Shown here in pieces: positions 40,030-54,480 of a stretch of DNA of 64,000 nt. Source of the stretch: Auanema rhodensis (lineage: Eukaryota > Animalia > Nematoda); NCBI GenBank assembly GCA_964057225.1, contig CAXKVF010000079.1, positions 434,001 through 498,000 on the forward strand, written 5' to 3'. Numbering within the stretch: the first letter of the stretch is position 1; the number at the start of each line of letters is the position of its first letter. The notes under the pieces are model-generated. The model was not told the origin of the DNA and searched no databases. It saw only the letters and a list, made by a program, of their open reading frames with translations. Both the position numbers and the translations under genes were made by a program.

Positions 40030-43000
40030 ATAAAGAGATGCGGTTTTCAAAATTAGATTCCCCATGTTCATATTAGTCTAAAAACAAATTTTTATTGATA
40101 TTGGTTCATGGTAACCATGACTTTGAAATTTGCGTGAACTTTAATTTATGCTATTTAAATGTACACGTGATGTGCACTTGGTATGTAACTCGCTTCACGT
40201 GAAAGATAAAGAGATGCGGTTTTCAAAATTAGATTCCCCATGTTCATATTAGTCTAAAAACAAATTTTTATTGATATTGGTTCATGGTAACCATGACTTT
40301 GAAATTTACGTGAACTTTAATTTATGCTAATTAAATATACACGTGATGTGCACTTGGTATGTAACTCGCTTCACGTGAAAGATAAAGAGATGCGGTTTTC
40401 AAAATTAGATTCCCCATGTCCATATTAGTCTAAAAACAAATTTTTATTGATATTGGTGCATGGTAACCATGACTTTGAAATTTACGTGAACTTTAATTTA
40501 TGCTAATTAAATGTACACGTGATGTGCACTTGGTATGTAACTCGCTTCACGTGAAAGATAAAGAGATGCGGTTTTCAAAATTAGATTCCCCATGTCCATA
40601 TTAGTCTAAAAACGAATTTTTATTGATATTGGTTCATGGTAACCATGACTTTGAAATTTACGTGAACTTTAATTTATGCTAATTAAATGTACACGTGATG
40701 TGCACTTGGTATGTAACTCGCTTCACGTGAAAGATAAAGAGATGCGGTTTTCAAAATTAGATTCCGCATGTCCATATTAGTCTAAAAACAAATTTTTATT
40801 GATATTGGTTCATGGTAACCATGACTTTGAAATTTACGTGAACTTTAACTTATGCTAATTAAATGTACACGTGATGTGCACTTGGTATGTAACTCGCTTC
40901 ACGTGAAAGATAAAGAGATGCGGTTTTCAAAATTAGATTCCCCATGTCCATATTAGTCTAAAAACAAATTTTCATTGATATTGGTGCATGGTAACCATGA
41001 CTTTGAAATTTACGTGAACTTTAATTTATGCTAATTAAATGTACACGTGATGTGCACTTGGTATGTAACTCGCTTCACGTGAAAGATAAAGAGATGCGGT
41101 TTTCAAAATTAGATTCCCCATGTCCATATTAGTCTAAAAATAAATTTTTATTGATATTGGTGCATGGTAACCATGACTTTGAAATTTACGTGAACTTTAA
41201 TTTATGCTAATTAAATGTACACGTGATGTGCACTTGGTATGTAACTCGCTTCACGTGAAAGATAAAGAGATGCGGTTTTCAAAATTAGATTCCCCATGTC
41301 CATATTAGTCTAAAAACAAATTTTTATTGATATTGGTGCATGGTAACCATGACTTTGAAATTTACGTGAACTTTAATTTATGCTAATTAAATGTACACGT
41401 GATGTGCACTTGGTATGTAACTCGCTTCACGTGAAAGATAACGAGATGCGGTTTTCAAAATTAGATTCCCCATGTCCATATTAGTCTAAAAACAAATTTT
41501 TATTGATATTGGTGCATGGTAATCATGACTTTGAAATTTACGTGAACTTTAATTTATGCTAATTAAATGTACACGTGATGTGCACTTGGTATGTAACTCG
41601 CTTCACGTGAAAGATAAAGAGATGCGGTTTTCAAAATTAGATTCCCCATGTCCATATTAGTCTAAAAACAAATTTTTATTGATATTGGTGCATGGTAACC
41701 ATGACTTTGAAATTTACGTGAACTTTAATTTATGCTAATTAAATGTACACGTGATGTGCACTTGGTATGTAACTCGCTTCACGTGAAAGATAAAGAGATG
41801 CGGTTTTCAAAATTAGATTCCCCATGTCCATATTAGTCTAAAAACAAATTTTTATTGATATTGGTGCATGGTAACCATGACTTTGAAATTTACGTGAACT
41901 TTAATTTATGCTAATTAAATGTACACGTGATGTGCACTTGGTATGTAACTCGCTTCACGTGAAAGATAAAGAGATGCGGTTTTCAAAATTAGATTCCCCA
42001 TGTCCATATTAGTCTAAAAACAAATTTTTATTGATATTGGTGCATGGTAACCATGACTTTGAAATTTACGTGAACTTTAATTTATGCTAATTAAATGTAC
42101 ACGTGATGTGCACTTGGTATGTAACTCGCTTCACGTGAAAGATAAAGAGATGCGGTTTTCAAAATTAGATTCCCCATGTCCATATTAGTCTAAAAACAAA
42201 TTTTTATTGATATTGGTGCATGGTAACCATGACTTTGAAATTTACGTGAACTTTAATTTATGCTAATTAAATGTACACGTGATGTGCACTTGGTATGTAA
42301 CTCGCTTCACGTGAAAGATAAAGAGATGCGGTTTTCAAAATTAGATTCCCCATGTCCATATTAGTCTAAAAACAAATTTTTATTGATATTGGTGCATGGT
42401 AACCATGACTTTGAAATTTACGTGAACTTTAATTTATGCTAATTAAATGTACACGTGATGTGCACTTGGTATGTAACTCGCTTCACGTGAAAGATAAAGA
42501 GATGCGGTTTTCAAAATTAGATTCCCCATGTCCATATTAGTCTAAAAACAAATTTTTATTGATATTGGTGCATGGTAACCATGACTTTGAAATTTACGTG
42601 AACTTTAATTTATGCTAATTAAATGTACACGTGATGTGCACTTGGTATGTAACTCGCTTCACGTGAAAGATAAAGAGATGCGGTTTTCAAAATTAGATTC
42701 CCCATGTCCATATTAGTCTAAAAACAATTTTTTATTGATATTGGTGCATGGTAACCATGACTTTGAAATTTACGTGAACTTTAATTTATGCTAATTAAAT
42801 GTACACGTGATGTGCACTTGGTATGTAACTCGCTTCACGTGAAAGATAAAGAGATGCGGTTTTCAAAATTAGATTCCCCATGTCCATATTAGTCTAAAAC
42901 AAATTTTTATTGATATTGGTGCATGGTAACCATGACTTTGAAATTTACGTGAACTTTAATTTATGCTAATTAAATGTACACGTGATGTGCACTTGGTATG

Positions 43001-44603
43001 TAACTCGCTTCACGTGAAAGATAAAGAGATGCGGTTTTCAAAATTAGATTCCCCATGTCCATATTAGTCTAAAAACAAATTTTTATTGATATTGGTTCAT
43101 GGTAACCATGACTTTGAAATTTACGTGAACTTTAATTTATGCTAATTAAATGTACACGTGATGTGCACTTGGTATGTAACTCGCTTCACGTGAAAGATAA
43201 AGAGATGCGGTTTTCAAAATTAGATTCCCCATGTCCATATTAGTCTAAAAACAAATTTTTATTGATATTGGTGCATGGTAACCATGACTTTGAAATTTAC
43301 GTGAACTTTAATTTATGCTAATTAAATGTACACGTGATGTGCACTTGGTATGTAACTCGCTTCACGTGAAAGATAAAGAGATGCGGTTTTCAAAATTAGA
43401 TTCCCCATGTCCATATTAGTCTAAAACAAATTTTTATTGATATTGGTGCATGGTAACCATGACTTTGAAATTTACGTGAACTTTAATTTATGCTAATTAA
43501 ATGTACACGTGATGTGCACTTGGTATGTAACTCGCTTCACGTGAAAGATAAAGAGATGCGGTTTTCAAAATTAGATTCCCCATGTCCATATTAGTCTAAA
43601 AACAAATTTTTATTAATATTGGTTCATGGTAACCATGACTTTGAAATTTACGTGAACTTTAATTTATGATAATTAAATGTACACGTGATGTGCACTTGGT
43701 ATGTAACTCGCTTCACGTGAAAGATAAAGAGATGCGGTTTTCAAAATTAGATTCCCCATGTCCATATTAGTCTAAAAACAAATTTTTATTGATATTGGTT
43801 CATGGTAACCATGATTTTGAAATTTACGTGAACTTTAATTTATGCTAATTAAATGTACACGTGATGTGCACTTGGTATGTAACTCGCTTCACGTGAAAGA
43901 TAAAGAGATGCGGTTTTCAAAATTAGATTCCCCATGTCCATATTAGTCTAAAAACAAATTTTTATTGATATTGGTGCATGGTAACCATGACTTTGAAATT
44001 TACGTGAACTTTAATTTATGCTAATTAAATGTACACGTGATGTGCACTTGGTATGTAACTCGCTTCACGTGAAAGATAAAGAGATGCGGTTTTCAAAATT
44101 AGATTCCCCATGTTCATATTAGTCTAAAAACAAATTTTTATTGATATTGGTTCATGGTAACCATGACTTTGAAATTTACGTGAACTTTAATTTATGCTAA
44201 TTAAATGTACACGTGATGTGCACTTGGTATGTAACTCGCTTCACGTGAAAGATAAAGAGATGCGGTTTTCAAAATTAGATTCCCCATGTCCATATTAGTC
44301 TAAAAACAAATTTTTATTGATATTGGTGCATGGTAACCATGACTTTGAAATTTACGTGAACTTTAATTTATGCTAATTAAATGTACACGTGATGTGCACT
44401 TGGTATGTAACTCGCTTCACGTGAAAGATAAAGAGATGCGGTTTTCAAAATTAGATTCCCCATGTTCATATTAGTCTAAAAACAAATTTTTATTGATATT
44501 GGTTCATGGTAACCATGACTTTGAAATTTACGTGAACTTTAATTTATGCTATTTAAATGTACACGTGATGTGCACTTGGTATGTAACTCGCTTCACGTGA
44601 AAG

Positions 44604-44856
44604 ATGAAGAGATGCGGTTTTCAAAATTAGATTCCCCATGTCCATATTAGTCTAAAAACAAATTTTTATTGATATTAATTCATGATAACCATGATTTTGA
44701 AATTTACGTGAACTTTAATTTATGAAATATGAAAACAAATTTTTATTGATATTAATTCATGATAACCATGATTTTGAAATTTACGTGAACTTTAATTTAT
44801 GCTATTTAAATGTACACGTGATGTGCACTTGGTATGTAACTCGCTTCACGTGAAAG
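44604..44856 (+). repeat. 253-bp variant monomer, copy 2
   Basis: Same junction. Filler 44725-44731, duplication 44732-44801. Confidence 0.95.
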
Positions 44857-45912
44857 ATAAAGAGATGCGGTTTTCAAAATTAGATTCCCCATGTTCATAT
44901 TAGTCTAAAAACAAATTTTTATTGATATTGGTTCATGGTAACCATGACTTTGAAATTTGCGTGAACTTTAATTTATGCTATTTAAATGTACACGTGATGT
45001 GCACTTGGTATGTAACTCGCTTCACGTGAAAGATAAAGAGATGCGGTTTTCAAAATTAGATTCCCCATGTTCATATTAGTCTAAAAACAAATTTTTATCG
45101 ATATTGGTGCATGGTAACCATGACTTTGAAATTTACGTGAACTTTAATTTATGCTAATTAAATGTACACGTGATGTGCACTTGGTATGTAACTCGCTTCA
45201 CGTGAAAGATAAAGAGATGCGGTTTTCAAAATTAGATTCCCCATGTCCATATTAGTCTAAAAACAAATTTTTATTGATATTGGTGCATGGTAACCATGAC
45301 TTTGAAATTTACGTGAACTTTAATTTATGCTAATTAAATGTACACGTGATGTGCACTTGGTATGTAACTCGCTTCACGTGAAAGATAAAGAGATGCGGTT
45401 TTCAAAATTAGATTCCCCATGTTCATATTAGTCTAAAAACAAATTTTTATTGATATTGGTTCATGGTAACCATGACTTTGAAATTTACGTGAACTTTAAT
45501 TTATGCTAATTAAATGTACACGTGATGTGCACTTGGTATGTAACTCGCTTCACGTGAAAGATAAAGAGATGCGGTTTTCAAAATTAGATTCCCCATGTCC
45601 ATATTAGTCTAAAAACAAATTTTTATTGATATTGGTGCATGGTAACCATGACTTTGAAATTTACGTGAACTTTAATTTATGCTAATTAAATGTACACGTG
45701 ATGTGCACTTGGTATGTAACTCGCTTCACGTGAAAGATAAAGAGATGCGGTTTTCAAAATTAGATTCCCCATGTTCATATTAGTCTAAAAACAAATTTTT
45801 ATTGATATTGGTTCATGGTAACCATGACTTTGAAATTTACGTGAACTTTAATTTATGCTATTTAAATGTACACGTGATGTGCACTTGGTATGTAACTCGC
45901 TTCACGTGAAAG

Positions 45913-46165
45913 ATGAAGAGATGCGGTTTTCAAAATTAGATTCCCCATGTCCATATTAGTCTAAAAACAAATTTTTATTGATATTAATTCATGATAACCA
46001 TGATTTTGAAATTTACGTGAACTTTAATTTATGAAATATGAAAACAAATTTTTATTGATATTAATTCATGATAACCATGATTTTGAAATTTACGTGAACT
46101 TTAATTTATGCTATTTAAATGTACACGTGATGTGCACTTGGTATGTAACTCGCTTCACGTGAAAG
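45913..46165 (+). repeat. 253-bp variant monomer, copy 3
   Basis: Same junction. Filler 46034-46040, duplication 46041-46110. Confidence 0.95.
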
Positions 46166-47221
46166 ATAAAGAGATGCGGTTTTCAAAATTAGATTCCCCA
46201 TGTTCATATTAGTCTAAAAACAAATTTTTATTGATATTGGTTCATGGTAACCATGACTTTGAAATTTGCGTGAACTTTAATTTATGCTATTTAAATGTAC
46301 ACGTGATGTGCACTTGGTATGTAACTCGCTTCACGTGAAAGATAAAGAGATGCGGTTTTCAAAATTAGATTCCCCATGTTCATATTAGTCTAAAAACAAA
46401 TTTTTATTGATATTGGTTCATGGTAACCATGACTTTGAAATTTACGTGAACTTTAATTTATGCTAATTAAATATACACGTGATGTGCACTTGGTATGTAA
46501 CTCGCTTCACGTGAAAGATAAAGAGATGCGGTTTTCAAAATTAGATTCCCCATGTCCATATTAGTCTAAAAACAAATTTTTATTGATATTGGTTCATGGT
46601 AACCATGACTTTGAAATTTACGTGAACTTTAATTTATGCTAATTAAATGTACACGTGATGTGCACTTGGTATGTAACTCGCTTCACGTGAAAGATAAAGA
46701 GATGCGGTTTTCAAAATTAGATTCCCCATGGCCATATTGGTCTAAAAACAAATTTTTATTGATATTGGTTCATGGTAACCATGATTTTGAAATTTACGTG
46801 AACTTTAATTTATGCTAATTAAATGTACACGTGATGTGCACTTGGTATGTAACTCGCTTCACGTGAAAGATAAAGAGATGCGGTTTTCAAAATTAGATTC
46901 CCCATGTCCATATTAGTCTAAAAACAAATTTTTATTGATATTGGTGCATGGTAACCATGACTTTGAAATTTACGTGAACTTTAATTTATGCTAATTAAAT
47001 GTACACGTGATGTGCACTTGGTATGTAACTCGCTTCACGTGAAAGATAAAGAGATGCGGTTTTCAAAATTAGATTCCCCATGTTCATATTAGTCTAAAAA
47101 CAAATTTTTATTGATATTGGTTCATGGTAACCATGACTTTGAAATTTACGTGAACTTTAATTTATGCTATTTAAATGTACACGTGATGTGCACTTGGTAT
47201 GTAACTCGCTTCACGTGAAAG

Positions 47222-47474
47222 ATGAAGAGATGCGGTTTTCAAAATTAGATTCCCCATGTCCATATTAGTCTAAAAACAAATTTTTATTGATATTAATTCA
47301 TGATAACCATGATTTTGAAATTTACGTGAACTTTAATTTATGAAATATGAAAACAAATTTTTATTGATATTAATTCATGATAACCATGATTTTGAAATTT
47401 ACGTGAACTTTAATTTATGCTATTTAAATGTACACGTGATGTGCACTTGGTATGTAACTCGCTTCACGTGAAAG
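47222..47474 (+). repeat. 253-bp variant monomer, copy 4
   Basis: Same junction. Filler 47343-47349, duplication 47350-47419. Confidence 0.95.
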
Positions 47475-47999
47475 ATAAAGAGATGCGGTTTTCAAAATTA
47501 GATTCCCCATGTTCATATTAGTCTAAAAACAAATTTTTATTGATATTGGTTCATGGTAACCATGACTTTGAAATTTGCGTGAACTTTAATTTATGCTATT
47601 TAAATGTACACGTGATGTGCACTTGGTATGTAACTCGCTTCACGTGAAAGATAAAGAGATGCGGTTTTCAAAATTAGATTCCCCATGTTCATATTAGTCT
47701 AAAAACAAATTTTTATTGATATTGGTTCATGGTAACCATGACTTTGAAATTTACGTGAACTTTAATTTATGCTAATTAAATATACACGTGATGTGCACTT
47801 GGTATGTAACTCGCTTCACGTGAAAGATAAAGAGATGCGGTTTTCAAAATTAGATTCCCCATGTCCATATTAGTCTAAAAACAAATTTTTATTGATATTG
47901 GTTCATGGTAACCATGACTTTGAAATTTACGTGAACTTTAATTTATGCTAATTAAATGTACACGTGATGTGCACTTGGTATGTAACTCGCTTCACGTGA

Positions 48000-50900
48000 A
48001 AGATAAAGAGATGCGGTTTTCAAAATTAGATTCCCCATGTTCATATTAGTCTAAAAACAAATTTTTATTGATATTGGTTCATGGTAACCATGACTTTGAA
48101 ATTTACGTGAACTTTAATTTATGCTAATTAAATGTACACGTGATGTGCACTTGGTATGTAACTCGCTTCACGTGAAAGATAAAGAGATGCGGTTTTCAAA
48201 ATTAGATTCCCCATGTCCATATTAGTCTAAAAACAAATTTTTATTGATATTGGTGCATGGTAACCATGACTTTGAAATTTACGTGAACTTTAATTTATGC
48301 TAATTAAATGTACACGTGATGTGCACTTGGTATGTAACTCGCTTCACGTGAAAGATAAAGAGATGCGGTTTTCAAAATTAGATTCCCCATGTCCATATTA
48401 GTCTAAAAACAAATTTTTATTGATATTGGTGCATGGTAACCATGACTTTGAAATTTACGTGAACTTTAATTTATGCTAATTAAATGTACACGTGATGTGC
48501 ACTTGGTATGTAACTCGCTTCACGTGAAAGATAAAGAGATGCGGTTTTCAAAATTAGATTCCCCATGTCCATATTAGTCTAAAACAAATTTTTATTGATA
48601 TTGGTGCATGGTAACCATGACTTTGAAATTTACGTGAACTTTAATTTATGCTAATTAAATGTACACGTGATGTGCACTTGGTATGTAACTCGCTTCACGT
48701 GAAAGATAAAGAGATGCGGTTTTCAAAATTAGATTCCCCATGTCCATATTAGTCTAAAAACAAATTTTTATTGATATTGGTGCATGGTAACCATGACTTT
48801 GAAATTTACGTGAACTTTAATTTATGCTAATTAAATGTACACGTGATGTGCACTTGGTATGTAACTCGTTTCACGTGAAAGATAAAGAGATGCGGTTTTC
48901 AAAATTAGATTCCCCATGTCCATATTAGTCTAAAAACGAATTTTTATTGATATTGGTTCATGGTAACCATGACTTTGAAATTTACGTGAACTTTAATTTA
49001 TGCTAATTAAATGTACACGTGATGTGCACTTGGTATGTAACTCGCTTCACGTGAAAGATAAAGAGATGCGGTTTTCAAAATTAGATTCCCCATGTCCATA
49101 TTAGTCTAAAAACAAATTTTTATTGATATTGGTGCATGGTAATCATGACTTTGAAATTTACGTGAACTTTAATTTATGCTAATTAAATGTACACGTGATG
49201 TGCACTTGGTATGTAACTCGCTTCACGTGAAAGATAAAGAGATGCGGTTTTCAAAATTAGATTCCCCATGTCCATATTAGTCTAAAAACAAATTTTTATT
49301 GATATTGGTGCATGGTAACCATGACTTTGAAATTTACGTGAACTTTAATTTATGCTAATTAAATGTACACGTGATGTGCACTTGGTATGTAACTCGCTTC
49401 ACGTGAAAGATAAAGAGATGCGGTTTTCAAAATATTAGATTCCCCATGTTCATATTAGTCTAAAAACAAATTTTTATTGATATTGGTTCATGGTAACCAT
49501 GACTTTGAAATTTACGTGAACTTTAATTTATGCTAATTAAATGTACACGTGATGTGCACTTGGTATGTAACTCGCTTCACGTGAAAGATAAAGAGATGCG
49601 GTTTTCAAAATTAGATTCCCCATGTCCATATTAGTCTAAAAACAAATTTTTATTGATATTGGTTCATGGTAACCATGACTTTGAAATTTACGTGAACTTT
49701 AATTTATGCTAATTAAATGTACACGTGATGTGCACTTGGTATGTAACTTGCTTCACGTGAAAGATAAAGAGATGCGGTTTCCAAAATTAGATTCCCCATG
49801 TCCATATTAGTCTAAAAACAAATTTTTATTGATATTGGTGCATGGTAACCATGACTTTGAAATTTACGTGAACTTTAATTTATGCTAATTAAATGTACAC
49901 GTGATGTGCACTTGGTATGTAACTCGCTTCACGTGAAAGATAAAGAGATGCGGTTTTCAAAATTAGATTCCCCATGTCCATATTAGTCTAAAAACAAATT
50001 TTTATTGATATTGGTTCATGGTAACCATGTCTTTGAAAATTACGTGAACTTTAATTTATGCTAATTAAATGTACACGTGATGTGCACTTGGTATGTAACT
50101 CGCTTCACGTGAAAGATAAAGAGATGCGGTTTTCAAAATTAGATTCCCCATGTCCATATTAGTCTAAAAATAAATTTTTATTGATATTGGTGCATGGTAA
50201 CCATGACTTTGAAATTTACGTGAACTTTAATTTATGCTAATTAAATGTACACGTGATGTGCACTTGGTATGTAACTCGCTTCACGTGAAAGATAAAGAGA
50301 TGCGGTTTTCAAAATTAGATTCCCCATGTCCATATTAGTCTAAAAACAAATTTTTATTGATATTGGTGCATGGTAACCATGACTTTGAAATTTACGTGAA
50401 CTTTAATTTATGCTAATTAAATGTACACGTGATGTGCACTTGGTATGTAACTCGCTTCACGTGAAAGATAAAGAGATGCGGTTTTCAAAATTAGATTCCC
50501 CATGTTCATATTAGTCTAAAAACAAATTTTTATTGATATTGGTTCATGGTAACCATGACTTTGAAATTTACGTGAACTTTAATTTATGCTAATTAAATGT
50601 ACACGTGATGTGCACTTGGTATGTAACTCGCTTCACGTGAAAGATAAAGAGATGCGGTTTTCAAAATTAGATTCCCCATGTCCATATTAGTCTAAAAACA
50701 AATTTTTATTGATATTGGTGCATGGTAACCATGACTTTGAAATTTACGTGAACTTTAATTTATGCTAATTAAATGTACACGTGATGTGCACTTGGTATGT
50801 AACTCGCTTCACGTGAAAGATAAAGTGATGCGGTTTTCAAAATTAGATTCCCCATGTCCATATTAGTCTAAAAACAAATTTTTATTGATATTGGTGCATG

Positions 50901-53900
50901 GTAACCATGACTTTGAAATTTACGTGAACTTTAATTTATGCTAATTAAATGTACACGTGATGTGCACTTGGTATGTAACTCGCTTCACGTGAAAGATAAA
51001 GAGATGCGGTTTTCAAAATTAGATTCCCCATGTCCATATTAGTCTAAAACAAATTTTTATTGATATTGGTGCATGGTAACCATGACTTTGAAATTTACGT
51101 GAACTTTAATTTATGCTAATTAAATGTACACGTGATGTGCACTTGGTATGTAACTCGCTTCACGTGAAAGATAAAGAGATGCGGTTTTCAAAATTAGATT
51201 CCCCATGTCCATATTAGTCTAAAAACAAATTTTTATTGATATTGGTGCATGGTAACCATGACTTTGAAATTTACGTGAACTTTAATTTATGCTAATTAAA
51301 TGTACACGTGATGTGCACTTGGTATGTAACTCGCTTCACGTGAAAGATAAAGAGATGCGGTTTTCAAAATTAGATTCCCCATGTTCATATTAGTCTAAAA
51401 ACAAATTTTTATTGATATTGGTTCATGGTAACCATGACTTTGAAATTTACGTGAACTTTAATTTATGCTAATTAAATGTACACGTGATGTGCACTTGGTA
51501 TGTAACTCGCTTCACGTGAAAGATAAAGAGATGCGGTTTTCAAAATTAGATTCCCCATGTCCATATTAGTCTAAAAACAAATTTTTATTGATATTGGTGC
51601 ATGGTAACCATGACTTTGAAATTTACGTGAACTTTAATTTATGCTAATTAAATGTACACGTGATGTGCACTTGGTATGTAACTCGCTTCACGTGAAAGAT
51701 AAAGAGATGCGGTTTTCAAAATTAGATTCCCCATGTCCATATTAGTCTAAAAACAAATTTTTATTGATATTGGTGCATGGTAACCATGACTTTGAAATTT
51801 ACGTGAACTTTAATTTATGCTAATTAAATGTACACGTGATGTGCACTTGGTATGTAACTCGCTTCACGTGAAAGATAAAGAGATGCGGTTTTCAAAATTA
51901 GATTCCCCATGTCCATATTAGTCTAAAACAAATTTTTATTGATATTGGTGCATGGTAACCATGACTTTGAAATTTACGTGAACTTTAATTTATGCTAATT
52001 AAATGTACACGTGATGTGCACTTGGTATGTAACTCGCTTCACGTGAAAGATAAAGAGATGCGGTTTTCAAAATTAGATTCCCCATGTTCATATTAGTCTA
52101 AAAACAAATTTTTATTGATATTGGTTCATGGTAACCATGACTTTGAAATTTACGTGAACTTTAATTTATGCTAATTAAATGTACACGTGATGTGCACTTG
52201 GTATGTAACTCGCTTCACGTGAAAGATAAAGAGATGCGGTTTTCAAAATTAGATTCCCCATGTCCATATTAGTCTAAAAACAAATTTTTATTGATATTGG
52301 TGCATGGTAACCATGACTTTGAAATTTACGTGAACTTTAATTTATGCTAATTAAATGTACACGTGATGTGCACTTGGTATGTAACTCGCTTCACGTGAAA
52401 GATAAAGAGATGCGGTTTTCAAAATTAGATTCCCCATGTCCATATTAGTCTAAAAACAAATTTTTATTGATATTGGTGCATGGTAACCATGACTTTGAAA
52501 TTTACGTGAACTTTAATTTATGCTAATTAAATGTACACGTGATGTGCACTTGGTATGTAACTCGCTTCACGTGAAAGATAAAGAGATGCGGTTTTCAAAA
52601 TTAGATTCCCCATGTCCATATTAGTCTAAAACAAATTTTTATTGATATTGGTGCATGGTAACCATGACTTTGAAATTTACGTGAACTTTAATTTATGCTA
52701 ATTAAATGTACACGTGATGTGCACTTGGTATGTAACTCGCTTCACGTGAAAGATAAAGAGATGCGGTTTTCAAAATTAGATTCCCCATGTCCATATTAGT
52801 CTAAAAACAAATTTTTATTGATATTGGTGCATGGTAACCATGACTTTGAAATTTACGTGAACTTTAATTTATGCTAATTAAATGTACACGTGATGTGCAC
52901 TTGGTATGTAACTCGTTTCACGTGAAAGATAAAGAGATGCGGTTTTCAAAATTAGATTCCCCATGTCCATATTAGTCTAAAAACGAATTTTTATTGATAT
53001 TGGTTCATGGTAACCATGACTTTGAAATTTACGTGAACTTTAATTTATGCTAATTAAATGTACACGTGATGTGCACTTGGTATGTAACTCGCTTCACGTG
53101 AAAGATAAAGAGATGCGGTTTTCAAAATTAGATTCCCCATGTCCATATTAGTCTAAAAACAAATTTTTATTGATATTGGTGCATGGTAATCATGACTTTG
53201 AAATTTACGTGAACTTTAATTTATGCTAATTAAATGTACACGTGATGTGCACTTGGTATGTAACTCGCTTCACGTGAAAGATAAAGAGATGCGGTTTTCA
53301 AAATTAGATTCCCCATGTCCATATTAGTCTAAAAACAAATTTTTATTGATATTGGTGCATGGTAACCATGACTTTGAAATTTACGTGAACTTTAATTTAT
53401 GCTAATTAAATGTACACGTGATGTGCACTTGGTATGTAACTCGCTTCACGTGAAAGATAAAGAGATGCGGTTTTCAAAATATTAGATTCCCCATGTTCAT
53501 ATTAGTCTAAAAACAAATTTTTATTGATATTGGTTCATGGTAACCATGACTTTGAAATTTACGTGAACTTTAATTTATGCTAATTAAATGTACACGTGAT
53601 GTGCACTTGGTATGTAACTCGCTTCACGTGAAAGATAAAGAGATGCGGTTTTCAAAATTAGATTCCCCATGTCCATATTAGTCTAAAAACAAATTTTTAT
53701 TGATATTGGTTCATGGTAACCATGACTTTGAAATTTACGTGAACTTTAATTTATGCTAATTAAATGTACACGTGATGTGCACTTGGTATGTAACTTGCTT
53801 CACGTGAAAGATAAAGAGATGCGGTTTCCAAAATTAGATTCCCCATGTCCATATTAGTCTAAAAACAAATTTTTATTGATATTGGTGCATGGTAACCATG

Positions 53901-54480
53901 ACTTTGAAATTTACGTGAACTTTAATTTATGCTAATTAAATGTACACGTGATGTGCACTTGGTATGTAACTCGCTTCACGTGAAAGATAAAGAGATGCGG
54001 TTTTCAAAATTAGATTCCCCATGTCCATATTAGTCTAAAAACAAATTTTTATTGATATTGGTTCATGGTAACCATGTCTTTGAAAATTACGTGAACTTTA
54101 ATTTATGCTAATTAAATGTACACGTGATGTGCACTTGGTATGTAACTCGCTTCACGTGAAAGATAAAGAGATGCGGTTTTCAAAATTAGATTCCCCATGT
54201 CCATATTAGTCTAAAAATAAATTTTTATTGATATTGGTGCATGGTAACCATGACTTTGAAATTTACGTGAACTTTAATTTATGCTAATTAAATGTACACG
54301 TGATGTGCACTTGGTATGTAACTCGCTTCACGTGAAAGATAAAGAGATGCGGTTTTCAAAATTAGATTCCCCATGTCCATATTAGTCTAAAAACAAATTT
54401 TTATTGATATTGGTGCATGGTAACCATGACTTTGAAATTTACGTGAACTTTAATTTATGCTAATTAAATGTACACGTGAT
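48000..54480 (+). repeat. Higher-order block duplication: ~48000-50430 repeated at ~52050-54480 (offset 4047 = 23 monomers - 1 bp)
   Basis: A4 deletion 48581/52628, tcgttt 48869/52916, aacgaa 48938/52985, aatcatg 49143/53190, AT insertion 49434/53481, aaaaataa 50171/54218. Confidence 0.9.

Noticed and set aside
46636-46818. 60-aa ORF MLIKCTRDV...
   Set aside because: Same frame of the repeat, opened by a private TAG>TGG change at 46738-46740. Chance read-through.
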